64,000 bases of DNA from contig SVQY01000008.1 of assembly GCA_015065135.1 (NCBI GenBank), positions 1,264-65,263 on the forward strand. The letters run 5' to 3'. The notes under the pieces were generated by a model that saw only the letters and a list, made by a program, of their open reading frames with translations, made no database searches and was not told where the DNA came from. The position numbers were made by a program, and so were the translations under genes. The first letter of the stretch is position 1. Every line of letters starts with the position of its first letter. This document shows positions 52,792 to 62,167 of the stretch, one piece after another. The DNA is from Oscillospiraceae bacterium (lineage in GTDB: Bacteria > Bacillota > Clostridia > Oscillospirales > CAG-272).

Positions 52792-53883
52792 ATGCAGATC
52801 TCTCGTCGCTCCTTGGGAGCGCTCGCCCCGTTCTTCGCGGGGCTTTGTCTACTGCTGCTGCTACTGATCAACGCAGAGGCCACCACCGTTGGCGTGCGGC
52901 GCGGCGTTTCGCTCTGTCTGGAAACGCTGCTCCCCTCGCTCTTCCCCTTTCTGGTGGTCTCGGAGTGGTTGGTGCGCAGCAATGTGGGAGAATGGCTGGG
53001 ACGCTACCCCGGCAGGCCGCTTTGCCGCCTGCTCGGCCTTTCGGAGCGCGGCGCCGCCGCGTTACTGCTGGGGCTGCTGTGCGGCTTTCCCGTCGGCACG
53101 GTGGCGGCGGTCTCCTACTGCAAGTGCGGTGAGATGTCCGAGGCCGAGCTGCGCCGCCTGGTGCTTTTCATCAACAACCCCGGCACAGGCTTTTTGATAG
53201 GGGCGGTCGGCAGGTCCCTGTTTGGAAACGAGGCGGCCGGTGTCGTCCTTTTCCTATCGGTATGGCTCTCCTCGCTGCTCATCGGCATTTTTCTGCGCAT
53301 TTTGTGCGGGCCGGTACCCCAAATTCCCGAAAAGCCGTCAAACGGTATGAAAAAAGCCTCTTTTTTTACCGATCTGACCGAAAGTGTTTCCGGGGCGCTG
53401 CCCACCCTATTGCAGATCTTTTCCTTTGTGATCTTCTTCTCCTCGCTCTCGGCTTCGATGGCGGCGCTGCCCCTTATCGCAGGGCTCCCTGCAAAGGGGC
53501 TGGTACTGCTCACAGGGCTGCCGGAAATGACCTCCGGCATCAGCGCCGCGGTCACGCTGCTGCCGCCCGAGGAGGCCTTTCGTGCCGCCGCCCTGCTTGC
53601 GGGCACGGCAGGGCTTTCCATCTGTATGCAGCTCTACGCCATTGCCGGCGCATACGCGCCACGCCTCTCTGCCTATCTTTTGGCCAAGGGCGTGCAGGGC
53701 TGCCTGACGCTATTGCTTGCCTCACTCTATCTGTGGCTGCTGCGGCCGCCGCTGGTCACTGCGCAGAGCATGGCGACCTTTGCGCAGAACACCCTGCAGC
53801 AACTGCTGACGGCGGCCGTGCCGCTGACACTCCTTTTGCTTGGCTTTTTGGTCATTTTTGCGCGGCGAAAAGCAAAAAAATAG
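52792..53883 (+). CDS. ylbJ: sporulation integral membrane protein YlbJ-like (nucleoside-recognition domain)
   Basis: GVRRGVSLCLETLLPSLFPFLVVSEWL is a YlbJ-type N-terminus; multiple TM segments. Confidence 0.65.
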   Translation: MQISRRSLGALAPFFAGLCLLLLLLINAEATTVGVRRGVSLCLETLLPSLFPFLVVSEWLVRSNVGEWLGRYPGRPLCRLLGLSERGAAALLLGLLCGFPVGTVAAVSYCKCGEMSEAELRRLVLFINNPGTGFLIGAVGRSLFGNEAAGVVLFLSVWLSSLLIGIFLRILCGPVPQIPEKPSNGMKKASFFTDLTESVSGALPTLLQIFSFVIFFSSLSASMAALPLIAGLPAKGLVLLTGLPEMTSGISAAVTLLPPEEAFRAAALLAGTAGLSICMQLYAIAGAYAPRLSAYLLAKGVQGCLTLLLASLYLWLLRPPLVTAQSMATFAQNTLQQLLTAAVPLTLLLLGFLVIFARRKAKK

Positions 53884-53929
53884 CCCCGTTACACGAAAAA
53901 GCCGCATAACGGGGCGAGTTTTATTCTTT

Positions 53930-54802
53930 TTACGGTGTCAGGATCCGCTCACCGTCAAAGAGCAGGACACCATAGCCGTTGCCCATGGGTCTCCCCTCCA
54001 GCAGGTATTGCTTGAAGCGGCGACGCATCGAGGTATCCTCGGGTGCCTCGGGCAGAGTCTCCTGACGGTATTCCCTATGAAACAAACGCCAGAAGTCGGG
54101 ATTTTCGGGAGTAGCCTTGCTATCCATGATATGAAACAGATCAAAAAACGCTTGGGTGTTCCTGCCGAAAAGCGCGCGATGAGGCGGATAGAGCAGCCAG
54201 GAGTGACAGACCACCGGCAGCGCTCCCTCGCAGCACAGGTCGCGGTAGAACTCGTAGGCCCTTTTCAGCGATCCCATCACCGCATCGGGGGTCAGCGGCC
54301 CCGACGAGGGAATGTGACAGTTCAACACCGCATCTCCATCCCGCAGCGGGCCGTAGGCAGGATATTGGAAGCTTCGTCTTTCGTATTGCAGCCGCCCCAG
54401 CGCAAAGCGCTCGCAACGGTAGAAGCCGGGATACCAGAAGGTCACGAAGATCCCCCACACGCCGTAAACGCTGCGACATTCCAGCAGCTTATAGCGCAGG
54501 TCTGTCATCGTTTCCACAAAGATGTGATCGGCGATCCCCTTTTGCGCATAGCGCTCACGAAGGGTGGGAGCGGCATGCAGCAAAAAGAGCATATCCACCG
54601 TGCGACGGTCGACGCCGCATTCGTCGGCAAGCAGCTGCAGGGCGCCCTCATAGATCGCTCGTTCCGAACGCAAAAACGGCGCTTCTATTCCCAAAAAACG
54701 GGTACGTATGTCTGTTTTGGCGCACATTTCGGTATAAACAGCGGTCAGATGCGCGGTGGCCTCCTCGGGAAAGCCGAGCAAACGGCAATAGGTCTCGATC
54801 AT
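53930..54802 (-). CDS. conserved hypothetical protein, possibly acyltransferase-like (N-acyltransferase N-terminal + GNAT-like C-terminal domains)
   Basis: Assigned from overall recollection of similar Clostridial proteins; no catalytic motif verified. Confidence 0.35.
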   Translation of the reverse strand: MIETYCRLLGFPEEATAHLTAVYTEMCAKTDIRTRFLGIEAPFLRSERAIYEGALQLLADECGVDRRTVDMLFLLHAAPTLRERYAQKGIADHIFVETMTDLRYKLLECRSVYGVWGIFVTFWYPGFYRCERFALGRLQYERRSFQYPAYGPLRDGDAVLNCHIPSSGPLTPDAVMGSLKRAYEFYRDLCCEGALPVVCHSWLLYPPHRALFGRNTQAFFDLFHIMDSKATPENPDFWRLFHREYRQETLPEAPEDTSMRRRFKQYLLEGRPMGNGYGVLLFDGERILTP

Positions 54803-54814
54803 GGCAATACCCCT

Positions 54815-56245
54815 TTAGCAGTCCTTTAAAAATGCCAGCAGCGTGCGGTAAACACGCTCCAGCGAATCCAACTCCATGCGCTCGGCAGGCGTGTGCAGAT
54901 CGTAAATGTTACAGCCCAGCGACACCACATCCAGCCCCGCGAGCCTTGAGGAGATGAGGCCGCATTCCAACCCCGCGTGGATCACGGTTGTGCTGATCTC
55001 TCTGCCCGTGGTGGCACGGTAAGCCCTCTGCCACAGAGCCGAGACGGGAGAATCGGCGACCCCCTCCCAACCGGGATAGTAGGCGTGGTGACGGGCGGCG
55101 CCCCCCAGCTCGCCTGCCAGCGCGGTCAGCTCGTCGGTGCATTCGCGCAGGCGTGCATCAAAGGGAGAACGGGAGGAAAAGGCCACCGAAACAGCCGTAT
55201 CGGTCATCCGCACACGCGCCAGATTGCGCGAGGTCTCGGGCGGCTGCTTGCCGTCGGCGCGGCGGTAGAATACGCCGTTACGTACCGAAAGCACGCGCAG
55301 CAGCTTCTCGCCGTCAGCAGCGGTCATCGCATCCTTGACGGCGACTTCCTCCACAGTGAGATGAGGATGGTCGTCCGGCGAGGTGAGCCATGCCGCGAGC
55401 AGCGCCTCGGCTTCGGCAAAAAAGTGCTTGGCGGCGGCCATATCCTGCGGTAGGATCTCGGCCACGCAATCGCGCGGAATGGCGTTATCCTTATCACCGC
55501 CCAGGAAAGAAACGACCCGGAACGGGGTGTGTTTTTCCAGTTTTTTCAGCAGCGCGCCAAGGGTGATGAGCGCGTTACCGCGCCCCCGGTGGATATCCTC
55601 TCCGGAATGGCCGCCGCAAAGGCCGCTCAGCGTGAGGCGAAGGCCGATGCCCTCTGCCGGCTCACGGGTGACGGGAAAGCTGAAATCGCTGCGCAGGCCG
55701 CCGCAGCAGCCGGTAATGACCAGATGCTCCTCAGCAGAGTCAAAATTCAGCATACGGCGCGCATGCAGGCGGCTGTAATCAAACTGCCCCGCACCGATGA
55801 GACCCACCTCCTCGGCGGCAGTAAAAAGGCATTCCAGAGGCGGATGGCTCTCGGCGCCTCCGTCCAGCACGGCAAGCATCAGCGCCACGCCAAAGCCGTC
55901 ATCGGCACCCAGCGTGGTGCTATCGGCCGAGAGGATATTCCCTTTTACACAAAGCTTTACACCCTCGGCGGAAAAATCGTGCGTATGACCAAAGACCACC
56001 TCGGTGACCATATCGGTGTGCGCCTGCAGCAAAAGCGGCGGCTCGGCCTCTCTGCCAACGCTGCCCGGCTTACAGATCAGCACGTTATCGGCAGCATCGC
56101 GGTAGCAGGAAAGACCGCGTGCGGCGGCAAAGCGCTCTAAATACGCGGCGATCTGCGCCTCCTGCCCGGAAGCACGGGGAATGGCGGAGATCTCCTCAAA
56201 AAAGCGCGCAGGACGCGCGGAAAGATGCTCGCAAAGGATCGACAT
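54815..56245 (-). CDS. pepD: aminoacyl-histidine dipeptidase (M20 family, PepD-like)
   Basis: ATG at 56245 after GAAAGGAGAAAA; FEEISAIPRASGQE...LQAHTDMV...GADDGFGVA are M20/PepD motifs. Confidence 0.75.
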   Translation of the reverse strand: MSILCEHLSARPARFFEEISAIPRASGQEAQIAAYLERFAAARGLSCYRDAADNVLICKPGSVGREAEPPLLLQAHTDMVTEVVFGHTHDFSAEGVKLCVKGNILSADSTTLGADDGFGVALMLAVLDGGAESHPPLECLFTAAEEVGLIGAGQFDYSRLHARRMLNFDSAEEHLVITGCCGGLRSDFSFPVTREPAEGIGLRLTLSGLCGGHSGEDIHRGRGNALITLGALLKKLEKHTPFRVVSFLGGDKDNAIPRDCVAEILPQDMAAAKHFFAEAEALLAAWLTSPDDHPHLTVEEVAVKDAMTAADGEKLLRVLSVRNGVFYRRADGKQPPETSRNLARVRMTDTAVSVAFSSRSPFDARLRECTDELTALAGELGGAARHHAYYPGWEGVADSPVSALWQRAYRATTGREISTTVIHAGLECGLISSRLAGLDVVSLGCNIYDLHTPAERMELDSLERVYRTLLAFLKDC

Positions 56246-56277
56246 TGTTTTTCTCCTTTCTTGATGGTCGCCGCAGC

Positions 56278-56308
56278 GACAAAGGGGGCGCCGCTTTGCG
56301 GCGCCCCC
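56278..56308 (-). terminator. hairpin after the mreB-like gene
   Basis: GGGGGCGCCGC-TTTG-CGGCGCCCCC; weak T-tract. Confidence 0.5.
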
Positions 56309-56315
56309 TCGGCTT

Positions 56316-57284
56316 TTACAGTCTGGAAAGCGCCACGACCGCGCCCTCGACGGCGGCGGTCTCCGCATTGGCGGCGCGTCGCACGCGCAGCCCCATGACC
56401 TCATCCAAAAATTTATCCATGCCGGCAAGCAAAGCGCCGCCGGTCAGCATCACGCCGGTCTTGGCAATATCGGCGCGCATATCGTCACCTGTCTGCTCGA
56501 TCACCGAAATGATGGCATCCAGAATGGCGGTGAGCGGCTCTGTCAGCGCGCCCAGCATCTCCTTGGAGGAGACCGTGACCACACGCCCCTCCTTGGTCTT
56601 GGTGCAGCGGCCCTTTACATCCAGCGTCTGCTCCTCGGCGGATTTTGACACCGTACCGATGCGGATCTTGATCTGCTCCGCGGTGCGGTTGCCAATGTAG
56701 ATGCCGTGCCGCTTTCGCATATGCTCAATGATGGCAGAATCAAACTGTGTACCGCCAACGGGAATGGTCAGATGGGTGACCATTTCACCGAGAAAGATCA
56801 TCGCGACCTCGGTACGGGAAGCCCCCACGTGTACCACAAGCTGGCCAACGGGTGAAGAAAAATCAAATCCCACACCAAGAGCGGCGCAAAGCGGCGCCTC
56901 TAACAGATGCACACGGGAGGCGCCTGCGGCAAGCACCGCATCCTCCACGGCATCGGTCTGCGCCTCGGTCAGATCACAGGGGATGGCTACCATTACCTGC
57001 GGACGCAGCATCGTTCTGCCCACAGCGCGGCGCAGAAAGATACGCAGCATCTCGGAAAGGATATTGGCACTTTTCACGATCGGATCCCAGACCGGCCAGC
57101 AAAGGCGCAGCCGCGTGGGATTCGTTTCGACCAGACGCAACGCAGAATCGCCGGCGGCGACCACTTCGTCGGTATCGATATCAATGGCAGCCACAGAAGG
57201 CTCGCAGAGCAGAAGGCCATCGTCCAGCGAGCAGATCGAGATCTGTCTTGTACCGATGTCAATGCCCAGATTCTTGCGCAGCAT
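56316..57284 (-). CDS. MreB/Mbl-family actin-like protein (divergent)
   Basis: GIDIGT phosphate-1 motif, VVHVGASRTEVA, GVMLTGGALL; 322 aa. Confidence 0.65.
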   Translation of the reverse strand: MLRKNLGIDIGTRQISICSLDDGLLLCEPSVAAIDIDTDEVVAAGDSALRLVETNPTRLRLCWPVWDPIVKSANILSEMLRIFLRRAVGRTMLRPQVMVAIPCDLTEAQTDAVEDAVLAAGASRVHLLEAPLCAALGVGFDFSSPVGQLVVHVGASRTEVAMIFLGEMVTHLTIPVGGTQFDSAIIEHMRKRHGIYIGNRTAEQIKIRIGTVSKSAEEQTLDVKGRCTKTKEGRVVTVSSKEMLGALTEPLTAILDAIISVIEQTGDDMRADIAKTGVMLTGGALLAGMDKFLDEVMGLRVRRAANAETAAVEGAVVALSRL

Positions 57285-57369
57285 CGTGCTATCTCCTTTC
57301 TTTCAAATAAATTCGCATAGTGATACAACTATAATATTAACATTAAAACGCAAAAATGTCAAGGAAAAT

Positions 57370-58146
57370 TTAAAAAGCTGCGTGGCCGCTCGGTTTCTTT
57401 TTGGGGGTGACGGCAAGCGAAAGGCAGGTCACCTCGGCAGCCTTGCCGCGGCGCAGCAGCGCCACGCCCTCGGCCATACCGACGCCGGTGGTCACCAGAT
57501 CGTCCACCAGCACCACGCGCAGTCCCTTGGGATCTCCGATCAGCGAAAAGGCACCGCGCAGATTGCGCCGACGCTCCTTGACGGTCAGCAGCTTTTGCTG
57601 CTTGCCATCCCGTTTTCGCCGTAGCAGCGGCAGCATCGGATAGCCCGTCCGTCGCGCCAGCTCGGCAGCGAGCGCCCTCGCCTGATCAAAGCCGTACAGG
57701 CACACATTACGACGTGAACGCGGCAAAAACGTGATAACGGTATGCGAAATCGGCGTTTTTGCCTGTAGCGCGGACAGCTCCTCGCGCAGGATCGGCTCCA
57801 GCGCATCGGCGGCGGCACGGATCACACGCTCGCGCGGATGGCGCTTGAGCTGAGTCACAAGACCGGCAATAGCGCCCTTCCCCTCCCCCTGCATCAGATA
57901 AGGGCCCAGCTTTCTGTGCGAGACCGCACCGCGCTGCCGCATCACGGCAGGCTGACAGGTACAGTCGCAAAGGGCGGCAAAGCATTGCGGACACTGGGTC
58001 AGCTGCTCCCGCTCCAGCCGCTGGCGGCAGCTATCGCAAAAGAGCGGCGCCTCCTCCCCTTTCCAGGGCGAAAGCTCCAAAAAACGGTTGCAGGAGCAGC
58101 AGCGCGGCGGATGCAAAAGCCTATGAACGGTATGAGAAAAGCCCAT
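57370..58146 (-). CDS. comFC: ComF family protein (phosphoribosyltransferase-like, ComFC type)
   Basis: N-terminal Cys pairs (CCSC...CDSC...CPQC) and C-terminal VVLVDDLVTTG PRT motif; starts 2 nt after the recD2 stop. Confidence 0.7.
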   Translation of the reverse strand: MGFSHTVHRLLHPPRCCSCNRFLELSPWKGEEAPLFCDSCRQRLEREQLTQCPQCFAALCDCTCQPAVMRQRGAVSHRKLGPYLMQGEGKGAIAGLVTQLKRHPRERVIRAAADALEPILREELSALQAKTPISHTVITFLPRSRRNVCLYGFDQARALAAELARRTGYPMLPLLRRKRDGKQQKLLTVKERRRNLRGAFSLIGDPKGLRVVLVDDLVTTGVGMAEGVALLRRGKAAEVTCLSLAVTPKKKPSGHAAF

Positions 58147-58148
58147 TT

Positions 58149-60380
58149 TTACTCTCCCTTGACCGTGAGCCTTGCACAAAGGCCGGTATAGCGCATCGAC
58201 TGACGATTGTTGCGCACCATCTCGGCGGCGATCTCCTCGCGCCCCACCAGAATGACCATTCTCTGGGCACGGGTGACGGCGGTATAGAGCAGGTTGCGTG
58301 TGAGCAGCATCGGCGGCGCGTTGTACAGCGGCAGGATCACCACCGGATACTCGCTGCCCTGGCTTTTATGCACCGTCACGGCATAGGCCAGCTCCAGCTC
58401 GTCCAGGCCTGTAAAATCATAGGTCACGTGGCGATCGTCAAACAGCACCTCCACGCTATGATCCTTGGGCGAAATGTTTTCAATGATGCCGATATCGCCA
58501 TTGAAAACGCCGCAGCCGGTCTCCTCTCCCCGCTCCCACATCAGATCGTAATTGTTGCGGATCTGCATCACGCGATCCCCTTCTCGAAGCAAAAGATCGC
58601 GTACCTTATGCTCGCGCTTGCCCGGGCGGGGCGGATTGAGCGTTTCCTGCAAAAGGCGGTTCAGATGCTCGGTGCCACCCTCCCCCTTGCGCGAGGGAGA
58701 AATGACCTGGATATTGCCCACGATCTCGGCACCGTAGCTGCGCGGCAGGCGGTTGCGGCAGAGGTCTGCCACGGTAAACGCGATGTCACGATCCGTCTTG
58801 CGTGGCAGGAAGAAAAAGTCGTTATTTTTCACGTCAAGGCGCGGCATTTCGCCCCGATCGATGGCGTGTGCATTGGTCACGATCAAGCTGTTTTGCGCCT
58901 GGCGGAACACCTCTGTCAGCTTCACGGTGGCAAAGCGACCGCAGGCGATAAGATCGCGCAGCACGTTGCCGGCACCCACCGAGGGCAGCTGATCCGCATC
59001 ACCGATCAGAACAAGGCGCGCGCCCGGCTTGATCGCCTTCAGCAGCGCGGCCATCAGCGCGCTATCCATCATAGAGGTCTCGTCCACGATGATGACGTCC
59101 TCCTCCAGCAGGTTGTGCTCGTTTCGGGCAAACTGCGCCCGTTTGCCGTCGCTGTAGTTCATTTCCAGCAAGCGGTGTACGGTCTTGGTCTCGGCACAGG
59201 TAGCCTCCGACATCCGTTTGGCGGCGCGCCCCGTAGGGGCGGCCAGCGCCACGCGGAGATCCATACTGGCAAAAATACGCATCAGCGTGCGCACCACGGT
59301 GGTCTTGCCCGTGCCGGGACCGCCGGTCAGGATCATCACGCCGTTCTCCAGCGCGCCGGCGATCGCCACCTTTTGCAGCTCGGCATAATCAATACCGCTG
59401 CTGCGCTCCTCACGGGCGATAAAATGGTTGACGTCGCGCGTTTCAATGCGCACGCAGGAGCGATCCAGCACCACCAGCTTATCGGCGATGACGCGCTCGC
59501 AATCGTAGGAATAGCGATCGAACAGATAGCTGCGCTCCCCTTCCTCGGTGCGCACGTGGATGCGGCGCAGCTTCTGCGCGCGCAGCAGGGCGTCAACGCC
59601 CTCCTCCACCTCTGCCGGCGTGACCTCCAGCATCGCGGCGGCAGCCTCGATAAGCCGCTCGGAGGGCAGACAGGTATGGCCGTTCAGGGCACCGTTATAG
59701 GAAAGCACGTAGAGGATGCCGCTTTGGACACGGGCAGGACCGTTGCGGTCAAAGCCCAGCTTTTCCGCCATACTGTCGGCCTTTTCAAAGCCGATGCCCT
59801 CGATCTCCTCGCAAAGGCGGTAAGGGTTCTCCCGCGCCATATCCACGGCGGCGTTGCCCCAGGCCTTATAGATGCGCACCGTCAGCGCGGCACCGAAGAA
59901 ATCGCGGAAGAACATCATCGCGGTGCGGATGCCTGCCTGACGGGCAAACTCAGCCGAGATCTCCTCTGCCATACGGCGGCTGATGCCCGGGATCTGCGTC
60001 ATCCAGTCCGGGTGGTTCTGGATCACCTCAAAGGTATCCTCGCCGAACAGCTCTACCAGCTTTTGCGCCTTTTTGGGGCCGATGCCCTTGACGGCGCCGG
60101 AGGAAAGATAGCGCAGGATGGCCGCCTCGTCGGAGGGGAGTCGCTTTTCGAACTGCTCCACCTGAAACTGGCGACCGTATTTGGGATTATGTACCCATTT
60201 GCCAAAGACCGTCAGCTCGTCGCCCTCGGCCACATAGGGCAGCGTGCCTACCACGGTGACCAGCTCGTTCTGATCGGTCCCGAAATCCAGAATGGTATAG
60301 CCGTTCTCCTCATTGGTATAGATCACGCTCTCCACGCTGCCTGTCAATCGCTCGGCACCGTCCGGCTCCCTTTCATCCAT
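58149..60380 (-). CDS. recD2: ATP-dependent RecD-like DNA helicase
   Basis: LTGGPGTGKTT Walker A, IIVDETSM, and YAVTVHKSQGSEYP motifs. Confidence 0.85.
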   Translation of the reverse strand: MDEREPDGAERLTGSVESVIYTNEENGYTILDFGTDQNELVTVVGTLPYVAEGDELTVFGKWVHNPKYGRQFQVEQFEKRLPSDEAAILRYLSSGAVKGIGPKKAQKLVELFGEDTFEVIQNHPDWMTQIPGISRRMAEEISAEFARQAGIRTAMMFFRDFFGAALTVRIYKAWGNAAVDMARENPYRLCEEIEGIGFEKADSMAEKLGFDRNGPARVQSGILYVLSYNGALNGHTCLPSERLIEAAAAMLEVTPAEVEEGVDALLRAQKLRRIHVRTEEGERSYLFDRYSYDCERVIADKLVVLDRSCVRIETRDVNHFIAREERSSGIDYAELQKVAIAGALENGVMILTGGPGTGKTTVVRTLMRIFASMDLRVALAAPTGRAAKRMSEATCAETKTVHRLLEMNYSDGKRAQFARNEHNLLEEDVIIVDETSMMDSALMAALLKAIKPGARLVLIGDADQLPSVGAGNVLRDLIACGRFATVKLTEVFRQAQNSLIVTNAHAIDRGEMPRLDVKNNDFFFLPRKTDRDIAFTVADLCRNRLPRSYGAEIVGNIQVISPSRKGEGGTEHLNRLLQETLNPPRPGKREHKVRDLLLREGDRVMQIRNNYDLMWERGEETGCGVFNGDIGIIENISPKDHSVEVLFDDRHVTYDFTGLDELELAYAVTVHKSQGSEYPVVILPLYNAPPMLLTRNLLYTAVTRAQRMVILVGREEIAAEMVRNNRQSMRYTGLCARLTVKGE

Positions 60381-60401
60381 CGCTTTTTCCTCCCTTCTCG
60401 T

Positions 60402-60701
60402 TTATTTTCCGAAATAATATCGCACGCCCTCGGCGCGCAGGCGACTCAGCAGCGCTTCATTCTGCGCCAGCGCAGGGTCTACCAGGGCTGCCAGCTCGGC
60501 TGTGCCGGAGAACGGCAGACGCTCCCTTGCACGGTCCAGCAGCTGCGGCAGATCATCGGCCTCGGTCCCCTCGCCGATGATCACGGTCAGCATCACCGCC
60601 ACCCGAGACAGCTGCGAGGTCACAAAAAGCCGTATCACGGCATAAAGCCCAAATACGGCAAAAACAGCAAGCAAGATTTCAGCAAGCAAAGAAAGATACA
60701 T
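60402..60701 (-). CDS. small membrane protein, unknown function
   Basis: ATG at 60701 after GAGGGGG; MYLSLLAEILLAVFAVFGLYAVIRLF TM helix; the longer ORF-track version overlaps metK. Confidence 0.45.
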   Translation of the reverse strand: MYLSLLAEILLAVFAVFGLYAVIRLFVTSQLSRVAVMLTVIIGEGTEADDLPQLLDRARERLPFSGTAELAALVDPALAQNEALLSRLRAEGVRYYFGK

Positions 60702-60759
60702 CGTCTCACCCCCTCGGCACATTGTATGCCAAGGGGGCAAGGCGTGCTCCTTGCTCGGA

Positions 60760-61947
60760 TCAGAGCAGCTCGGCGGCAAGAGCCTCGGCCATATCCCGCT
60801 TCTCCCACGGAATATCCAGGTCCTCGCGGCCCATATGTCCGTACGCCGCGATCTGGGCGTAGATGGGACGGCGCAGGCCAAAGCGCTCGATGATAGCGGC
60901 AGGGCGCAGGTCAAAGTGCTTCTGCACGGCTGCGGAGATCTTCTCCTCGTCCACCTTACCGGTGCCGAAGGTATCGATCATCACCGAAACGGGACGTGCC
61001 ACACCGATGGCATAGGCCACCTGCACCTCGCACTGATCCGCGAGTCCGGCCGCGACCACGTTCTTGGCGATATATCTGGCGGCATAGCAGGCAGAGCGGT
61101 CCACCTTGGTGGGATCCTTGCCCGAAAAAGCACCGCCGCCGTGACGGGCATAGCCGCCGTAGGTATCCACGATGATCTTTCTGCCCGTAAGACCGGTATC
61201 GCCGGCAGGGCCACCCACCACAAAGCGACCGGTGGGGTTGACAAAGATCTTGGTATCGGCATCCAGCAGCTCGGCGGGGATCACCACATTGATCACCTCG
61301 CGGATCATATCGGCGCGGATGGTCTCAACCGTCACGTCGGGGGCATGCTGGGTAGAAATGACAACGGTATCCACGCGGACGGGCTTGCCGTCCACATACT
61401 CCACCGTCACCTGGGTCTTGCCGTCGGGGCGAAGATAGGCAAAGGTGCCGTTTTTTCTCACCTCGGTGAGGCGCAGCGCCAGCTTGTGTGCCAGCGAAAT
61501 GGGCAGGGGCATCAGCTCGGGGGTCTCGTTGCAGGCATAGCCGAACATCATACCCTGATCACCCGCACCGGTGTCCAGCGCGTCGGTCATGGTTCCCTCC
61601 TTAGCCTCCAGCGCCTTATCAACGCCCATAGCAATGTCGGGAGACTGCTCGTGGATAGAGTTCAGCACGGCGCAGCTGTCGCAGTCAAAGCCGTACTTGG
61701 CGCGGTCGTAGCCGATCTCGCGCACCGTCTCGCGCACGATGGTGGGAATATCCACGTAGGCCTTGGTGGTGATCTCGCCCATCACGCAGACCATACCGGT
61801 GGTGCAGAAGGTCTCGCAGGCCACACGGGACATCGGGTCGGCCGCCAACATAGCGTCCAGAATAGAATCCGAGATCTTATCCGAGATCTTATCGGGATGA
61901 CCCTCGGTTACAGACTCCGAGGTAAACAGCATTTTGCGTTTTTTCAT
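60760..61947 (-). CDS. metK: S-adenosylmethionine synthase
   Basis: ATG at 61947 after AAGGAG; [22 protein letters not shown] and GGGAFSGKD motifs. Confidence 0.9.
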   Translation of the reverse strand: MKKRKMLFTSESVTEGHPDKISDKISDSILDAMLAADPMSRVACETFCTTGMVCVMGEITTKAYVDIPTIVRETVREIGYDRAKYGFDCDSCAVLNSIHEQSPDIAMGVDKALEAKEGTMTDALDTGAGDQGMMFGYACNETPELMPLPISLAHKLALRLTEVRKNGTFAYLRPDGKTQVTVEYVDGKPVRVDTVVISTQHAPDVTVETIRADMIREVINVVIPAELLDADTKIFVNPTGRFVVGGPAGDTGLTGRKIIVDTYGGYARHGGGAFSGKDPTKVDRSACYAARYIAKNVVAAGLADQCEVQVAYAIGVARPVSVMIDTFGTGKVDEEKISAAVQKHFDLRPAAIIERFGLRRPIYAQIAAYGHMGREDLDIPWEKRDMAEALAAELL

Positions 61948-61966
61948 GATCTTCTCCTTTTTTGCG

Positions 61967-62108
61967 AATAAAACTCCCCTCGCGCCACACAGGACCGAGG
62001 GGAGCATAAAGCCAAGCAGCGCATCTCTCGGGATTTAGCACCTTTCCGCGTGCGGTAGGTTGCTGTAGGATCACAGGGCCTGTCCCTCCCCTACTCTTGA
62101 TGACTTAT
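61967..62108 (-). ncRNA. SAM-I (S-box) riboswitch with intrinsic terminator, leader of metK
   Basis: The minus strand reads ...TCATCAAGAGTAGGGGAGGGACAGGCCCTGTGATCCTACAGCAACC...GGTGCTAAATCCCGAGAG..., then terminator CTCCCCTCG...CGAGGGGAG TTTTATT (61967-62004). Confidence 0.85.
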
Positions 62109-62110
62109 CT

Positions 62111-62139
62111 ATTATAGCATATTCGGTATGGAAATACAA
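62111..62139 (-). promoter_or_regulatory. promoter of the SAM riboswitch-metK unit
   Basis: Minus strand: TTGTAT, 17-nt spacer, TATAAT. Confidence 0.5.
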
Positions 62140-62167
62140 GGGGTTTTACGTACTTTGTCGAAATAAA

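Noticed and set aside
56316-57284. Divergent MreB-like gene next to comF-recD2 as a possible novel cytoskeletal or competence system
   Set aside because: The actin-fold phosphate and adenosine motifs are intact and its size is normal. As far as I recall, adjacency to comF/recD2 is common housekeeping synteny in Clostridia, and nothing in the sequence suggests a new system.
58368-60893. 841-aa ORF on the plus strand
   Set aside because: It is entirely antisense to recD2, the small membrane gene and the metK 3' end. The translation is low-complexity (Gly/Ala/Arg/His/Gln-rich) with no motifs, which is the typical shadow ORF of a high-GC gene.
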